Assembly (NCBI GenBank): GCA_050250375.1
Contig: JBFWOS010000001.1
Coordinates: 830,361 to 894,360, forward strand
Source of the DNA: Candidatus Omnitrophota bacterium
GTDB lineage: Bacteria > Omnitrophota > Gorgyraeia > Zapsychrales > Zapsychraceae
DNA: 64,000 bases
Direction: 5' to 3'
Positions within the stretch are counted from its first letter, which is position 1; every line of letters begins with the position of its first letter. This document shows, piece by piece, positions 49,266 through 57,343 of this stretch. The notes beneath the pieces are model-generated. The model ran no database searches and was not told the DNA's origin. It saw nothing but the letters and a program-made list of their open reading frames with translations. The translations under genes and the position numbers were made by a program.

Positions 49266-50427
49266 TTAGCCCTGACCGCTCCGGCGGCCAATAGATTTTA
49301 AAAACTTTACCCTTAACGTTTTCCTCTGGGACAAATCCCCAATAACGGCTGTCATGACTTTTAGCGCTATTGTCCCCTAGGACAAAATAATGTCCCGTCG
49401 GCACAGTGACAGGCCTCTGTCCGTAATATCCGTTAGCATAGTAGTCAATAGATTTTATCCTGGGATCCATAATCAACTCGCCGTTAATATAAATATCGTC
49501 ATTCTTTATCTCAACCTTTTCGCCCTCAAAGGCGATGAGTCGTTTTATAAAATCACGCCTCTTGTCTTCAGGATAAATAAATACGATTAAATCTCCGCGT
49601 TGCGGTGCCGATTCTTTATAAATCCTTTTATCTACCAATATTCTGTCGCCTACTAATAAAGTCGGCGACATTGATCCGGCTGGAATTTTATAGGCTTGCA
49701 CAATATTCTTTCTGACATACATTGTCACCGGAAGGCTAATAACCATCGGCATAATAAATGCAAACACAATCCCACAAATGAGAAACTTTTTGTTGTATCC
49801 AGCGAATCGGCTTTCGAGATCATGAAGTTGATTAAATTTTGTAGAAGAAAAATATGCATCAACAATTATATACAACCTAAACAAAAATAAAGAAACAAGC
49901 AGAGCAATCAAAAAAAGATTGGATTTGGTTTCAGGGAGAAAAATATAACCCGCCAGCGCATTGGAACAAACAACGCGGAGCACAAAAAACAGTATCCCTT
50001 TTTTAGGATACCCTGCATAGATTTGGCCCAACCCATCACAACAAAGACTTAAAATAATCGCCAATAAAGGTTCTTTTGGTTTTTGAACGATGCTTTTCTT
50101 CCAAGGTAAGAATCCCCAGATCTTTTCCCAGACTTGAAATGCATCACCCATCATCTCCAAACAAGCGGAGTCTTTTTCATCCCAGTTCACAAAGGTATAT
50201 TTTTTATTCTTATCGGATATTTTTTCTTCCAACAATCCATATAACTTCATTCCTACCGGTTTGATGGATTTGACTCTTGACACATTAAGGATCTTTACAG
50301 TGAATACTTTCTTGTTATAACCCCGGATGGTAATTTCAAGATACTTTCCTTTTTCACGGACTGAGATAATCGTCCCGTCGTGTATATCTTTCGGGCCGAC
50401 ATAATTTAAGTTTGGATTTTCCTGCAT
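49258..50427 (-). CDS. signal peptidase I catalytic domain fused to an about 115-aa N-terminal soluble domain and four TM helices
   Basis: SPase box B (IPAGSMSPTLLVGD), box D (FIKRLIAFEGE) and box E (VLGDNSAKSHDSRYWGFV). The N-terminal 250 aa, including four TM helices, is not a canonical LepB N-terminus. Confidence 0.65.
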   Translation of the reverse strand: MQENPNLNYVGPKDIHDGTIISVREKGKYLEITIRGYNKKVFTVKILNVSRVKSIKPVGMKLYGLLEEKISDKNKKYTFVNWDEKDSACLEMMGDAFQVWEKIWGFLPWKKSIVQKPKEPLLAIILSLCCDGLGQIYAGYPKKGILFFVLRVVCSNALAGYIFLPETKSNLFLIALLVSLFLFRLYIIVDAYFSSTKFNQLHDLESRFAGYNKKFLICGIVFAFIMPMVISLPVTMYVRKNIVQAYKIPAGSMSPTLLVGDRILVDKRIYKESAPQRGDLIVFIYPEDKRRDFIKRLIAFEGEKVEIKNDDIYINGELIMDPRIKSIDYYANGYYGQRPVTVPTGHYFVLGDNSAKSHDSRYWGFVPEENVKGKVFKIYWPPERSGLIE

Positions 50428-50437
50428 TGTTTTAACC

Positions 50438-51127
50438 TCAAGCCCAACTCAATCCATCAGGCAACGTGTAGTCGCTATACTCTAAATGAACAACTCGACG
50501 TTGAGCCGGTTTGTCCGCTTTGTTGGATGAATGAAGAACATGCGGGCGCATCAGGACCGCATCACCTCTTTCAACGATACAGGAAACGGAATCACGTTTA
50601 ACTTTCAGTTCATCAACTTGATTTTGAGTTAATATACCAAACTGATGTGATCTAGGAATTACCTTTAGACAACCGTTTGATTCATCGGCCGGGTCTAAAT
50701 GGATGCGGATCGTCACCATACGTTCCAGGACATTGATGTCCGGCTGGACATGTTGTACACCATCTTTGATGGTCCATGGCCCCCAGCCTGCTATGTCGGT
50801 TTGCCGGTCGACTGCGATCGTTTTGTCCTGATGCCATACAACACCCCAATTGGCCTCGCTTGTTTTATTAAAATAAATCGCCCTGACCATCTGGGGTTTT
50901 CCATTCAGCACCGTCTCAGCAAGGTCCAGAACTTTTGGGGAACGAGTCAAATGGTACACGGCCTTCACTTTTTTCTCCAAATTCCTTATACCGGAAACAG
51001 CGTCATTTCCTAAACACGATTTGATTTCTCTGCCAAGCAAATCCGCCTCGTCTTGATTCAAAAGATTCTTGAGAACAAAACATCCCTGTTCAACCAGATC
51101 CTTTTTTACGTTATTCTTCACGAGCAT
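50438..51127 (-). CDS. PhyH-family Fe(II)/2-oxoglutarate dioxygenase
   Basis: HxD...H iron triad (VVWHQDK... / RPHVLHSS) and overall PhyH-like length. Confidence 0.6.
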   Translation of the reverse strand: MLVKNNVKKDLVEQGCFVLKNLLNQDEADLLGREIKSCLGNDAVSGIRNLEKKVKAVYHLTRSPKVLDLAETVLNGKPQMVRAIYFNKTSEANWGVVWHQDKTIAVDRQTDIAGWGPWTIKDGVQHVQPDINVLERMVTIRIHLDPADESNGCLKVIPRSHQFGILTQNQVDELKVKRDSVSCIVERGDAVLMRPHVLHSSNKADKPAQRRVVHLEYSDYTLPDGLSWA

Positions 51128-51494
51128 TGGATATCCCTTTACCGTATTTCTTTAGAAACTCTTCTCTTATTTTTTTTGTTTTTTCTACATCTTCAATTTC
51201 TCTCGACATCGGTTCATCGGCCTGGTCTGTTTCGATAATCTTAATGACGATTTCATCCCCACACTTTAATTTTTGATGCTTGATCCAACGCAAATGTTCA
51301 TTCAACTTTTCACGATGTTGGGTTAATCCCCCAACAAAAATATCTATATTCACCTTATCTTTTACATAAACCGCGCCTTTTGATTCTTTGCCCAACGTTC
51401 CGACAGCTGATATTCCTGCATTTAGCCCCCCGAGGTCAGAACCGCCGGCAATAATCGGTTGATCATTATTCACTTGAACTTGAAGTGCAATCAT
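51111..51494 (-). CDS. small protein of unknown family, paralog 1 of a tandem pair
   Basis: Aligns over about 100 aa with the next ORF (I.AG..DL..L...S.....D....VGGL....EHL.WI.H..L...DE..I.I.E.D.AD.P). Confidence 0.5.
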   Translation of the reverse strand: MIALQVQVNNDQPIIAGGSDLGGLNAGISAVGTLGKESKGAVYVKDKVNIDIFVGGLTQHREKLNEHLRWIKHQKLKCGDEIVIKIIETDQADEPMSREIEDVEKTKKIREEFLKKYGKGISNAREE

Positions 51495-51825
51495 CTATTT
51501 GAGGCCTCCTCTTTTTGGGTAAATCCGCTTCATCCATTTCCAGAATTCTTATCTTTAGTTCGTCGTTTATATTTAATTCTCTATGCCCGATCCAATCCAG
51601 ATGTTCTCCCTGGTCACCATTCTGTGGCGCAGACAAACCCCCAACGTGTAGAAAAAAATCATCATTCTTTATTTTAGTAGGATGTATTTTCTTAAGATTG
51701 AAAGAACAGGACAAAATGCTACCTAAAACACACAAATCTTCTCTTCCGGCGATAACCAACCGTTCTCCATTTAATAGAATCTCAAATGCGATCATATCAC
51801 TCCCTAAATTTTTTTGATTCCCCAA
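51466..51825 (-). CDS. small protein of unknown family, paralog 2 of a tandem pair
   Basis: About 30% identical to paralog 1, with a divergent C-terminus ending ...CTSSSSE. Confidence 0.5.
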   Translation of the reverse strand: MGNQKNLGSDMIAFEILLNGERLVIAGREDLCVLGSILSCSFNLKKIHPTKIKNDDFFLHVGGLSAPQNGDQGEHLDWIGHRELNINDELKIRILEMDEADLPKKRRPQIDDCTSSSSE

Positions 51826-51880
51826 AATGCTTGATCAAGAACACTTCCTCACACTTCTATTTCTTGTTTTATTACTAATA

Positions 51881-52129
51881 TTATTTCGTATTACTCTTTT
51901 TTCTCAAATCTTTATTAAAGTAAACAATCGGAAGCAAAATCATCATGGTACCAAGGACAATGACGCTGATAACCGGATAAAGCGGCTGGCCTTTGAAATT
52001 GTCAACCGGTTCGCCGTATCTTCCTTGCATGATACTTGTCACTGCCCAAATAAAAGTCGGGATTGCGGCCAGCATGGTTAATATAAATCCTGCCCTGGAT
52101 AAGTATCTTCTATTCTTCTTAATACTCAT
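51881..52129 (-). CDS. small two-TM membrane protein, hypothetical
   Basis: 82 aa with two hydrophobic helices, at the head of the lower-GC operon. Confidence 0.4.
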   Translation of the reverse strand: MSIKKNRRYLSRAGFILTMLAAIPTFIWAVTSIMQGRYGEPVDNFKGQPLYPVISVIVLGTMMILLPIVYFNKDLRKKSNTK

Positions 52130-52248
52130 CAGCCTTCCCCATTAATCCACAAAAACAAACATTTTAGCGAAAAACATATTATAGATGGATTCTGGAAAAA
52201 TTGGTAGGCTGATTTGGCCGGAGGCCTGGTGAGAGGCCGTGATGGTTA

Positions 52249-52407
52249 TTAGGCCATCACGGTCTGGTTGGATGTTTTGAGGTTATATTTTCTGGACCGG
52301 TTGATGGCCCTGGTCCTGGCTTGCCGGAAATAAAGATAGGTTTCCCCGGCCAGTAAACCGCCGGTGAACCCGCCTGCCCCGCATACCATAATCAATAAAA
52401 TTGTCAT
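52249..52407 (-). CDS. 52-aa small protein (not in the supplied ORF track)
   Basis: ATG preceded by GGGAGGATCAC. Translates to MTILLIMVCGAGGFTGGLLAGETYLYFRQARTRAINRSRKYNLKTSNQTVMA, with a glycine-zipper-like TM segment. Confidence 0.3.
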   Translation of the reverse strand: MTILLIMVCGAGGFTGGLLAGETYLYFRQARTRAINRSRKYNLKTSNQTVMA

Positions 52408-52508
52408 GTGATCCTCCCTTGTTGTCGCTCAAGAACAGGATAAACCGGCTGTGTAAACAAAAGGTGAAATCCAGGTAAAATGAGGGTAAATTTTAATCGG
52501 GGGTGACT

Positions 52509-53879
52509 TCAGCCGGCGGGTTTCTGGGACACAAACAGGGCCTTGCGTTTGTTGAGGGTTGTGTAGGCCCGGACGGCCTGCCGGATGGACAGCATCTTGC
52601 ACTCGATGGAATGCCGGTTCAGGTAATCCCGGCCGTCTTTGGTCACCCGGATCACCCGGTTCTTCCTGGCGACAATCAGGACCTCTGTCTTCTTTTTGCA
52701 GAAACGGCGGATGATCTGGGCGTCGATCATATTCTTCTGGAGGAAGATCTTGAAATCGGTGCCGCCGTTTAGCTCCTTGATCTTCCCGTCGGCCCGGATA
52801 TAGAAGGATTTGTCGATCGTCATGTCATCGATGTGGACCCGGTCCCCGCGCTGAAGGGTGACGAGCGGATATTTCTTGCTTTTGAGGGTCTGCTTCTTTT
52901 TTAAATCCCTTTTCAGAAGAGCGACCGCCCCCAGGATGACGGCATCGTCACCGAGTTCGGACAAGACGATGCGGCAATGGTCGATCCCGGCCAGAAACGG
53001 GTTGGCCCCGGAACGCCGCCTGACGCGCGGAAGGATATACGTCCCGCAGGCCTCCATCATGCCCCCGCCCAGAACGATCAATTCGGGATTCAGGATATGC
53101 CGCATGGAGATGCAGGCGTTGCCGAGCGTCCGGCACAATTCATTGATGACACTGACCGTTAACGGATCTTTTTTGGCCAGCGCCTGCGCGATCACCCGGC
53201 TTTTAATCTGCGCCAGATCATCTCCCTGGATTTTGGTAATCAGGCTTTTTTTTCCGGCCCTGACCGCGTCGCGGATTTCCCGCTCAACCGCCCGGCGGCT
53301 GGTCAGCGCCTCCAGTGTCCCGCGCAGACCCGCGCTCTCTTTGGCGCTGTTCTGGTCGATGATCACATGCCCCAGTTCCCCGGCAATCCCCTGAGCGCCA
53401 TACAGCAGTTTACCGTCAACAATAATTGCCCCGCCGACGCCGGTCCCCGGAAACAGCCCGATGACATTATTCGCGTCCCTGGCCGCCCCCAGCCATTTTT
53501 CCCCGAGAAGCCCCAAATTAACATCATTACCCAAGATGACCCTGACCCCGAACAGCCGTGACAGCCGCTGGGACAACGGAAAATTGGCAAGATTAATATT
53601 GGGCGTACGCAGGATGTCGGTCTTGTTGGGCCGGACAATTCCCGGAACTCCCAGACAGATCCCTTTAAGCTGATTGATGTCTAACTTTTGTTCCTTAAAA
53701 AATCCCTGCAGGTGCGCGCGGACCTGGGCATAAATCCGCTGGGCCGAGGCCTTCTGCAAGGTCGCGCATTTTTTACGGGCCAGGATTTTTCCGGTCCCGT
53801 CAATCAACGCGGCCAGGATCTTGGTCCCGCCGATGTCGACCCCGCAATAAATTTTTTTGTTTGGGTTAACCCCTGTCAT
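52509..53879 (-). CDS. ROK-family sugar kinase or regulator-like protein with an about 130-aa C-terminal extension
   Basis: N-terminal CGVDIGGTKI and a ROK core of about 320 aa, followed by an extra basic domain (KYPLVTLQRGDRVHIDDMTIDKSFYIRADGKIKELNGG...). Confidence 0.65.
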   Translation of the reverse strand: MTGVNPNKKIYCGVDIGGTKILAALIDGTGKILARKKCATLQKASAQRIYAQVRAHLQGFFKEQKLDINQLKGICLGVPGIVRPNKTDILRTPNINLANFPLSQRLSRLFGVRVILGNDVNLGLLGEKWLGAARDANNVIGLFPGTGVGGAIIVDGKLLYGAQGIAGELGHVIIDQNSAKESAGLRGTLEALTSRRAVEREIRDAVRAGKKSLITKIQGDDLAQIKSRVIAQALAKKDPLTVSVINELCRTLGNACISMRHILNPELIVLGGGMMEACGTYILPRVRRRSGANPFLAGIDHCRIVLSELGDDAVILGAVALLKRDLKKKQTLKSKKYPLVTLQRGDRVHIDDMTIDKSFYIRADGKIKELNGGTDFKIFLQKNMIDAQIIRRFCKKKTEVLIVARKNRVIRVTKDGRDYLNRHSIECKMLSIRQAVRAYTTLNKRKALFVSQKPAG

Positions 53880-53889
53880 TCCGTGTGTC

Positions 53890-55245
53890 CTATTTTTTAT
53901 TCCATACTATTTTAATATTTTTCTGGAATACGTCCCGAAATAAATCACCTTTTTTCAAAGCGGTCTCTTTGTCTTGGTCAGCGAAATCATTGGATTCAAT
54001 ATGGATGGTGATGTCCCCGCCTTTCAGCGAACACTCCAGGTCTTTAACGGAATTCAGGTGGCTGCGGTCGAGGCCGTCGGCGACTCTTAAAACCCCCGCC
54101 AGTTTTTTGAGTTCGTCTCTTTTACCGGCCTCCAGATCGGAATAATATTTGTGAGAATTTCTCGGCAACACCCGGCGATGATACCGGGCCACCAGGGCGA
54201 CGATCAGCCGTTCTTCATCCGTCAGCGGCAGGCCGAATGATTTAAGGATGATGTCCCGCGCCGTCTTGTGATGCCGGATCCTGCCCTTGACCCACCCGAT
54301 GTCATGCAAAAGCGACGCCGACTGCAGCAGAAGCCGCTGGCGTTTTCCCAGCCCATGCAGGGCGGTCAGTTCATCAAATAATTTCAAGGCCAGCCGTGTC
54401 ACCTGGTGGGAATGCGGCTGTTCGTAATCACAGGAGCGGGCCAGCTTCAAAACTTCATTGATCACGGCCTGCTCGGGGCTGTTTTTATTTTCTGTATTAT
54501 TAACATCACTCAGGCTGCGGCCCGATTCAATCGACCGGCAGATGTCTTTGGGAAATCCTTCATCTTTCATTTTTTTCAGGACCTTGCGCAGATCATATTT
54601 GATCCTGACATTACGGACCTTGATCCCGGTCTTTGACTTTTCCAGGATGATATAAGACGCGGCCGGATTCCCGTCAAACGGACGGCCGACGCTGCCGGGG
54701 TTGATAAAATGCACACCTCCTGCGTGGCGGGTCATGTAGACATGCGTATGTCCAAAAAGCACGATATCGGCCTTGACGGTCTTGGCCAGTTCAACAAACC
54801 GTTCCCTGGGCGTGTCAACGGTCAACGGCTCATCGATCGACTCGGGACTTCCGTGCACCAGCAGAAATTTCTTTCCCATCGCCTGCGTTTCAAGCATATG
54901 CGGCAGGCCGGACAAATACGATTTTTCCTCTTCCCCGAGATGTTTGTAGGTCCAGGCGAAGGAAAAATATTTGGACGGGTCTTTGATCCGTTTCCATTTC
55001 TTTTTTTTGTCGGGAAACTTGAGAACATTCTGGTCATAGTTCCCGGCGATGCAGCGGGAAACACAACCTTTAAGAAGATGGACAACCTTTTGGGGGTTCG
55101 GACCGTACCCGATAAAATCGCCCAGGTACCAGATGTGTTTGATCTTGTTCCTGCGGACATCTCTCAGCACGGCTTCAAGCGCAGGACCATTCGCGTGGGC
55201 GTCAGCGAGGACAGCAATTGTTTGGGTATCTTCAGTCGGCATCAA
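53890..55245 (-). CDS. calcineurin-like metallophosphoesterase fused to an HD-domain phosphohydrolase
   Basis: N-terminal MPE motifs (DAHAN, GDFIGYGP, GHTH) and a C-terminal HD domain (LLHDIGW...HHK) resembling the Ppx/GppA C-terminal HD region. Confidence 0.65.
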   Translation of the reverse strand: MMPTEDTQTIAVLADAHANGPALEAVLRDVRRNKIKHIWYLGDFIGYGPNPQKVVHLLKGCVSRCIAGNYDQNVLKFPDKKKKWKRIKDPSKYFSFAWTYKHLGEEEKSYLSGLPHMLETQAMGKKFLLVHGSPESIDEPLTVDTPRERFVELAKTVKADIVLFGHTHVYMTRHAGGVHFINPGSVGRPFDGNPAASYIILEKSKTGIKVRNVRIKYDLRKVLKKMKDEGFPKDICRSIESGRSLSDVNNTENKNSPEQAVINEVLKLARSCDYEQPHSHQVTRLALKLFDELTALHGLGKRQRLLLQSASLLHDIGWVKGRIRHHKTARDIILKSFGLPLTDEERLIVALVARYHRRVLPRNSHKYYSDLEAGKRDELKKLAGVLRVADGLDRSHLNSVKDLECSLKGGDITIHIESNDFADQDKETALKKGDLFRDVFQKNIKIVWNKK

Positions 55246-55305
55246 TCATTTCCATCCGTTATTTAAAAAAGAGTAATCCCGATGATCCGGCCCGGCGCCG
55301 TTGGA

Positions 55306-57339
55306 TTACGTCCCGTAAAGTTTGATCAGGTGGTTCTGAAAGTTGAACGGCGCTGTCTTGGATTTTAATTTCTGGTACTTCTGGCCCGCGGTTAATTCCC
55401 AGGCCTTCTGATTGTCTTTCCAGCTCAGGTCCATGACTTCCATCAGGTGTGATTTTAATTCGGTCTTGTTGATCTCAAACAAAATCTCGATCCGGCGGTC
55501 AAAATTCCGGGCCATCCAGTCGGCCGACCCGAGGAAGACCCGCGGGTTTTCGTTATTGTTGTAAATAAAAATGCGGGTATGCTCCAGAAACCTGCCGACG
55601 ATGCTGCGGACTTCGATATGTTCACTCAAATCTTTCACTCCGGGGACCAGGCAGCAGATGCCGCGGACAACCAGCCTGATTTTAACGCCGGCTTGTGAGG
55701 CTTCGTATAATTTATCGATGATCGCGTGATCTTCCAGCGAATTGAACTTGGCAAAGATCTTTCCGTTTTTGTATTTATTCTGGAACCGGATCTCCCGGTC
55801 GATCAGGGACAGCGTATATTCCCGCAAACTCTCCGGGGCCGTGACGATCCCTTCCCACTGGGTCGGCTGGGAATAGCCGGTGATCACGTTAAAAAGCTCA
55901 GAGATGTCCCTGGCCACGTCTTCATTGACCGTAAAATACCCCAGGTCCGTATACGTATGGGCCGTCTTTTCATTATAATTCCCCGTCGAAAGATGGACAT
56001 ACCGCCGGATCTTCCCCTCTTCTTCACGGACGATCAGGGTCATCTTGGAGTGGACCTTCAGTCCGGTCAGCCCGTAAATCACGTGACACCCGGCCTCTTC
56101 CAGCTGGCGTGTCCATTTGATATTGTTTTCTTCATCAAACCGCGCCTTGATCTCAACCAGGGTTGTCACCTGCTTGCCGTTTTGCGCCGCTTCCTTGAGG
56201 GCATCAATGATGGCCGATCCCTTATTGGTCCGGTATAACGTCATCTTGATCGCCAGGACATGCGGGTCGCGCGCCGCCGCCTGAATCAGGTCGACCGTCG
56301 GATAAAAGGACTGGTACGGCAGATGAACCAGCATCTCCTGCTCTTTGATCCTTTCAAAAATATCGTCATATGGGACTTTCCGGGGATTGTGGCTGTCGTA
56401 TGTAATCCTGGCGGTGTCCAGCTGGTTGAACAGCTCGAATAAGAACGTCAGGTCGAGGCAGGCCTTGATCCTGGTTACCTCAACCAGGGGAAAATTCAGG
56501 CCGTCACACAACATCTGCTGCAGTTCGGAACTGCAGTCGCCTTCGACCTCCAGATAAACCGGTTTGGCAAAGGTCCGTCTTTTAACCTGTTCATCAATGG
56601 CCTTAAGAAGGTCCGATGTCAGCTCTTCATCTCCCTCGATCTCGCTGTCCCGGATAACCCGGAACAAAGAAAATTCCGTAATATGATACCCTTTAAACAG
56701 TCCGGATAAATATTCCCGGATAATCTCTTCCACCAGGATAAATTGATATTCATCCCGGGGAGAAGGCAACTTCACCAGTCTGGGAATATTTTTGGGAACA
56801 GGAATGATCGCCAGATGGCTCTCCCCTTTTTTATCGATATGGACGGCAAACGACATGGTTTTGGACGGAAGCACCGGAAACGGATGTCCCGGATCAACCG
56901 CCATCGGGGTAATGATCGGAAACAGGGTCGTCTCAAAATAATTTTTGATAAATTTCTTCTGGTCATTTTTTAACTCGTCCAGGCTTTTGATAAAAATCCT
57001 GTTCTTGGCCAGCTCTTTGAGGATCTTGTTATTATAAATTTCATACAGGGCGTCGATCAGCTGATGGGATTTGTCAAGGATCAGGCCCATCAGTTCGGTG
57101 GGCGTATAACCGTAACGCGGGTCATTGTTGATCTGGGACTCGATCATATTCTTCAGGCTGGCCACGCGGACCATAAAGAATTCGTCCATGTTGCTGACGA
57201 AGATGGCCAGGAACTTGGCCCTTTCCAGGATCGGGTTTGATAAATCGTTGGCTTCGTTCAGGACCCGTTCGTTAAACAGCAGCCAGCTGTAGTCTCGCGG
57301 GATATATTTTTCTTTATCACTGATGGTTATCTTTTTCAT
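55306..57339 (-). CDS. ppk: polyphosphate kinase 1
   Basis: 677 aa; N-terminus YIPRDYSWLLFNERVLNEA...FLAIFVSNMDEFFMVRV plus two PLD-like C-terminal domains. Confidence 0.9.
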   Translation of the reverse strand: MKKITISDKEKYIPRDYSWLLFNERVLNEANDLSNPILERAKFLAIFVSNMDEFFMVRVASLKNMIESQINNDPRYGYTPTELMGLILDKSHQLIDALYEIYNNKILKELAKNRIFIKSLDELKNDQKKFIKNYFETTLFPIITPMAVDPGHPFPVLPSKTMSFAVHIDKKGESHLAIIPVPKNIPRLVKLPSPRDEYQFILVEEIIREYLSGLFKGYHITEFSLFRVIRDSEIEGDEELTSDLLKAIDEQVKRRTFAKPVYLEVEGDCSSELQQMLCDGLNFPLVEVTRIKACLDLTFLFELFNQLDTARITYDSHNPRKVPYDDIFERIKEQEMLVHLPYQSFYPTVDLIQAAARDPHVLAIKMTLYRTNKGSAIIDALKEAAQNGKQVTTLVEIKARFDEENNIKWTRQLEEAGCHVIYGLTGLKVHSKMTLIVREEEGKIRRYVHLSTGNYNEKTAHTYTDLGYFTVNEDVARDISELFNVITGYSQPTQWEGIVTAPESLREYTLSLIDREIRFQNKYKNGKIFAKFNSLEDHAIIDKLYEASQAGVKIRLVVRGICCLVPGVKDLSEHIEVRSIVGRFLEHTRIFIYNNNENPRVFLGSADWMARNFDRRIEILFEINKTELKSHLMEVMDLSWKDNQKAWELTAGQKYQKLKSKTAPFNFQNHLIKLYGT

Positions 57340-57343
57340 AAGG

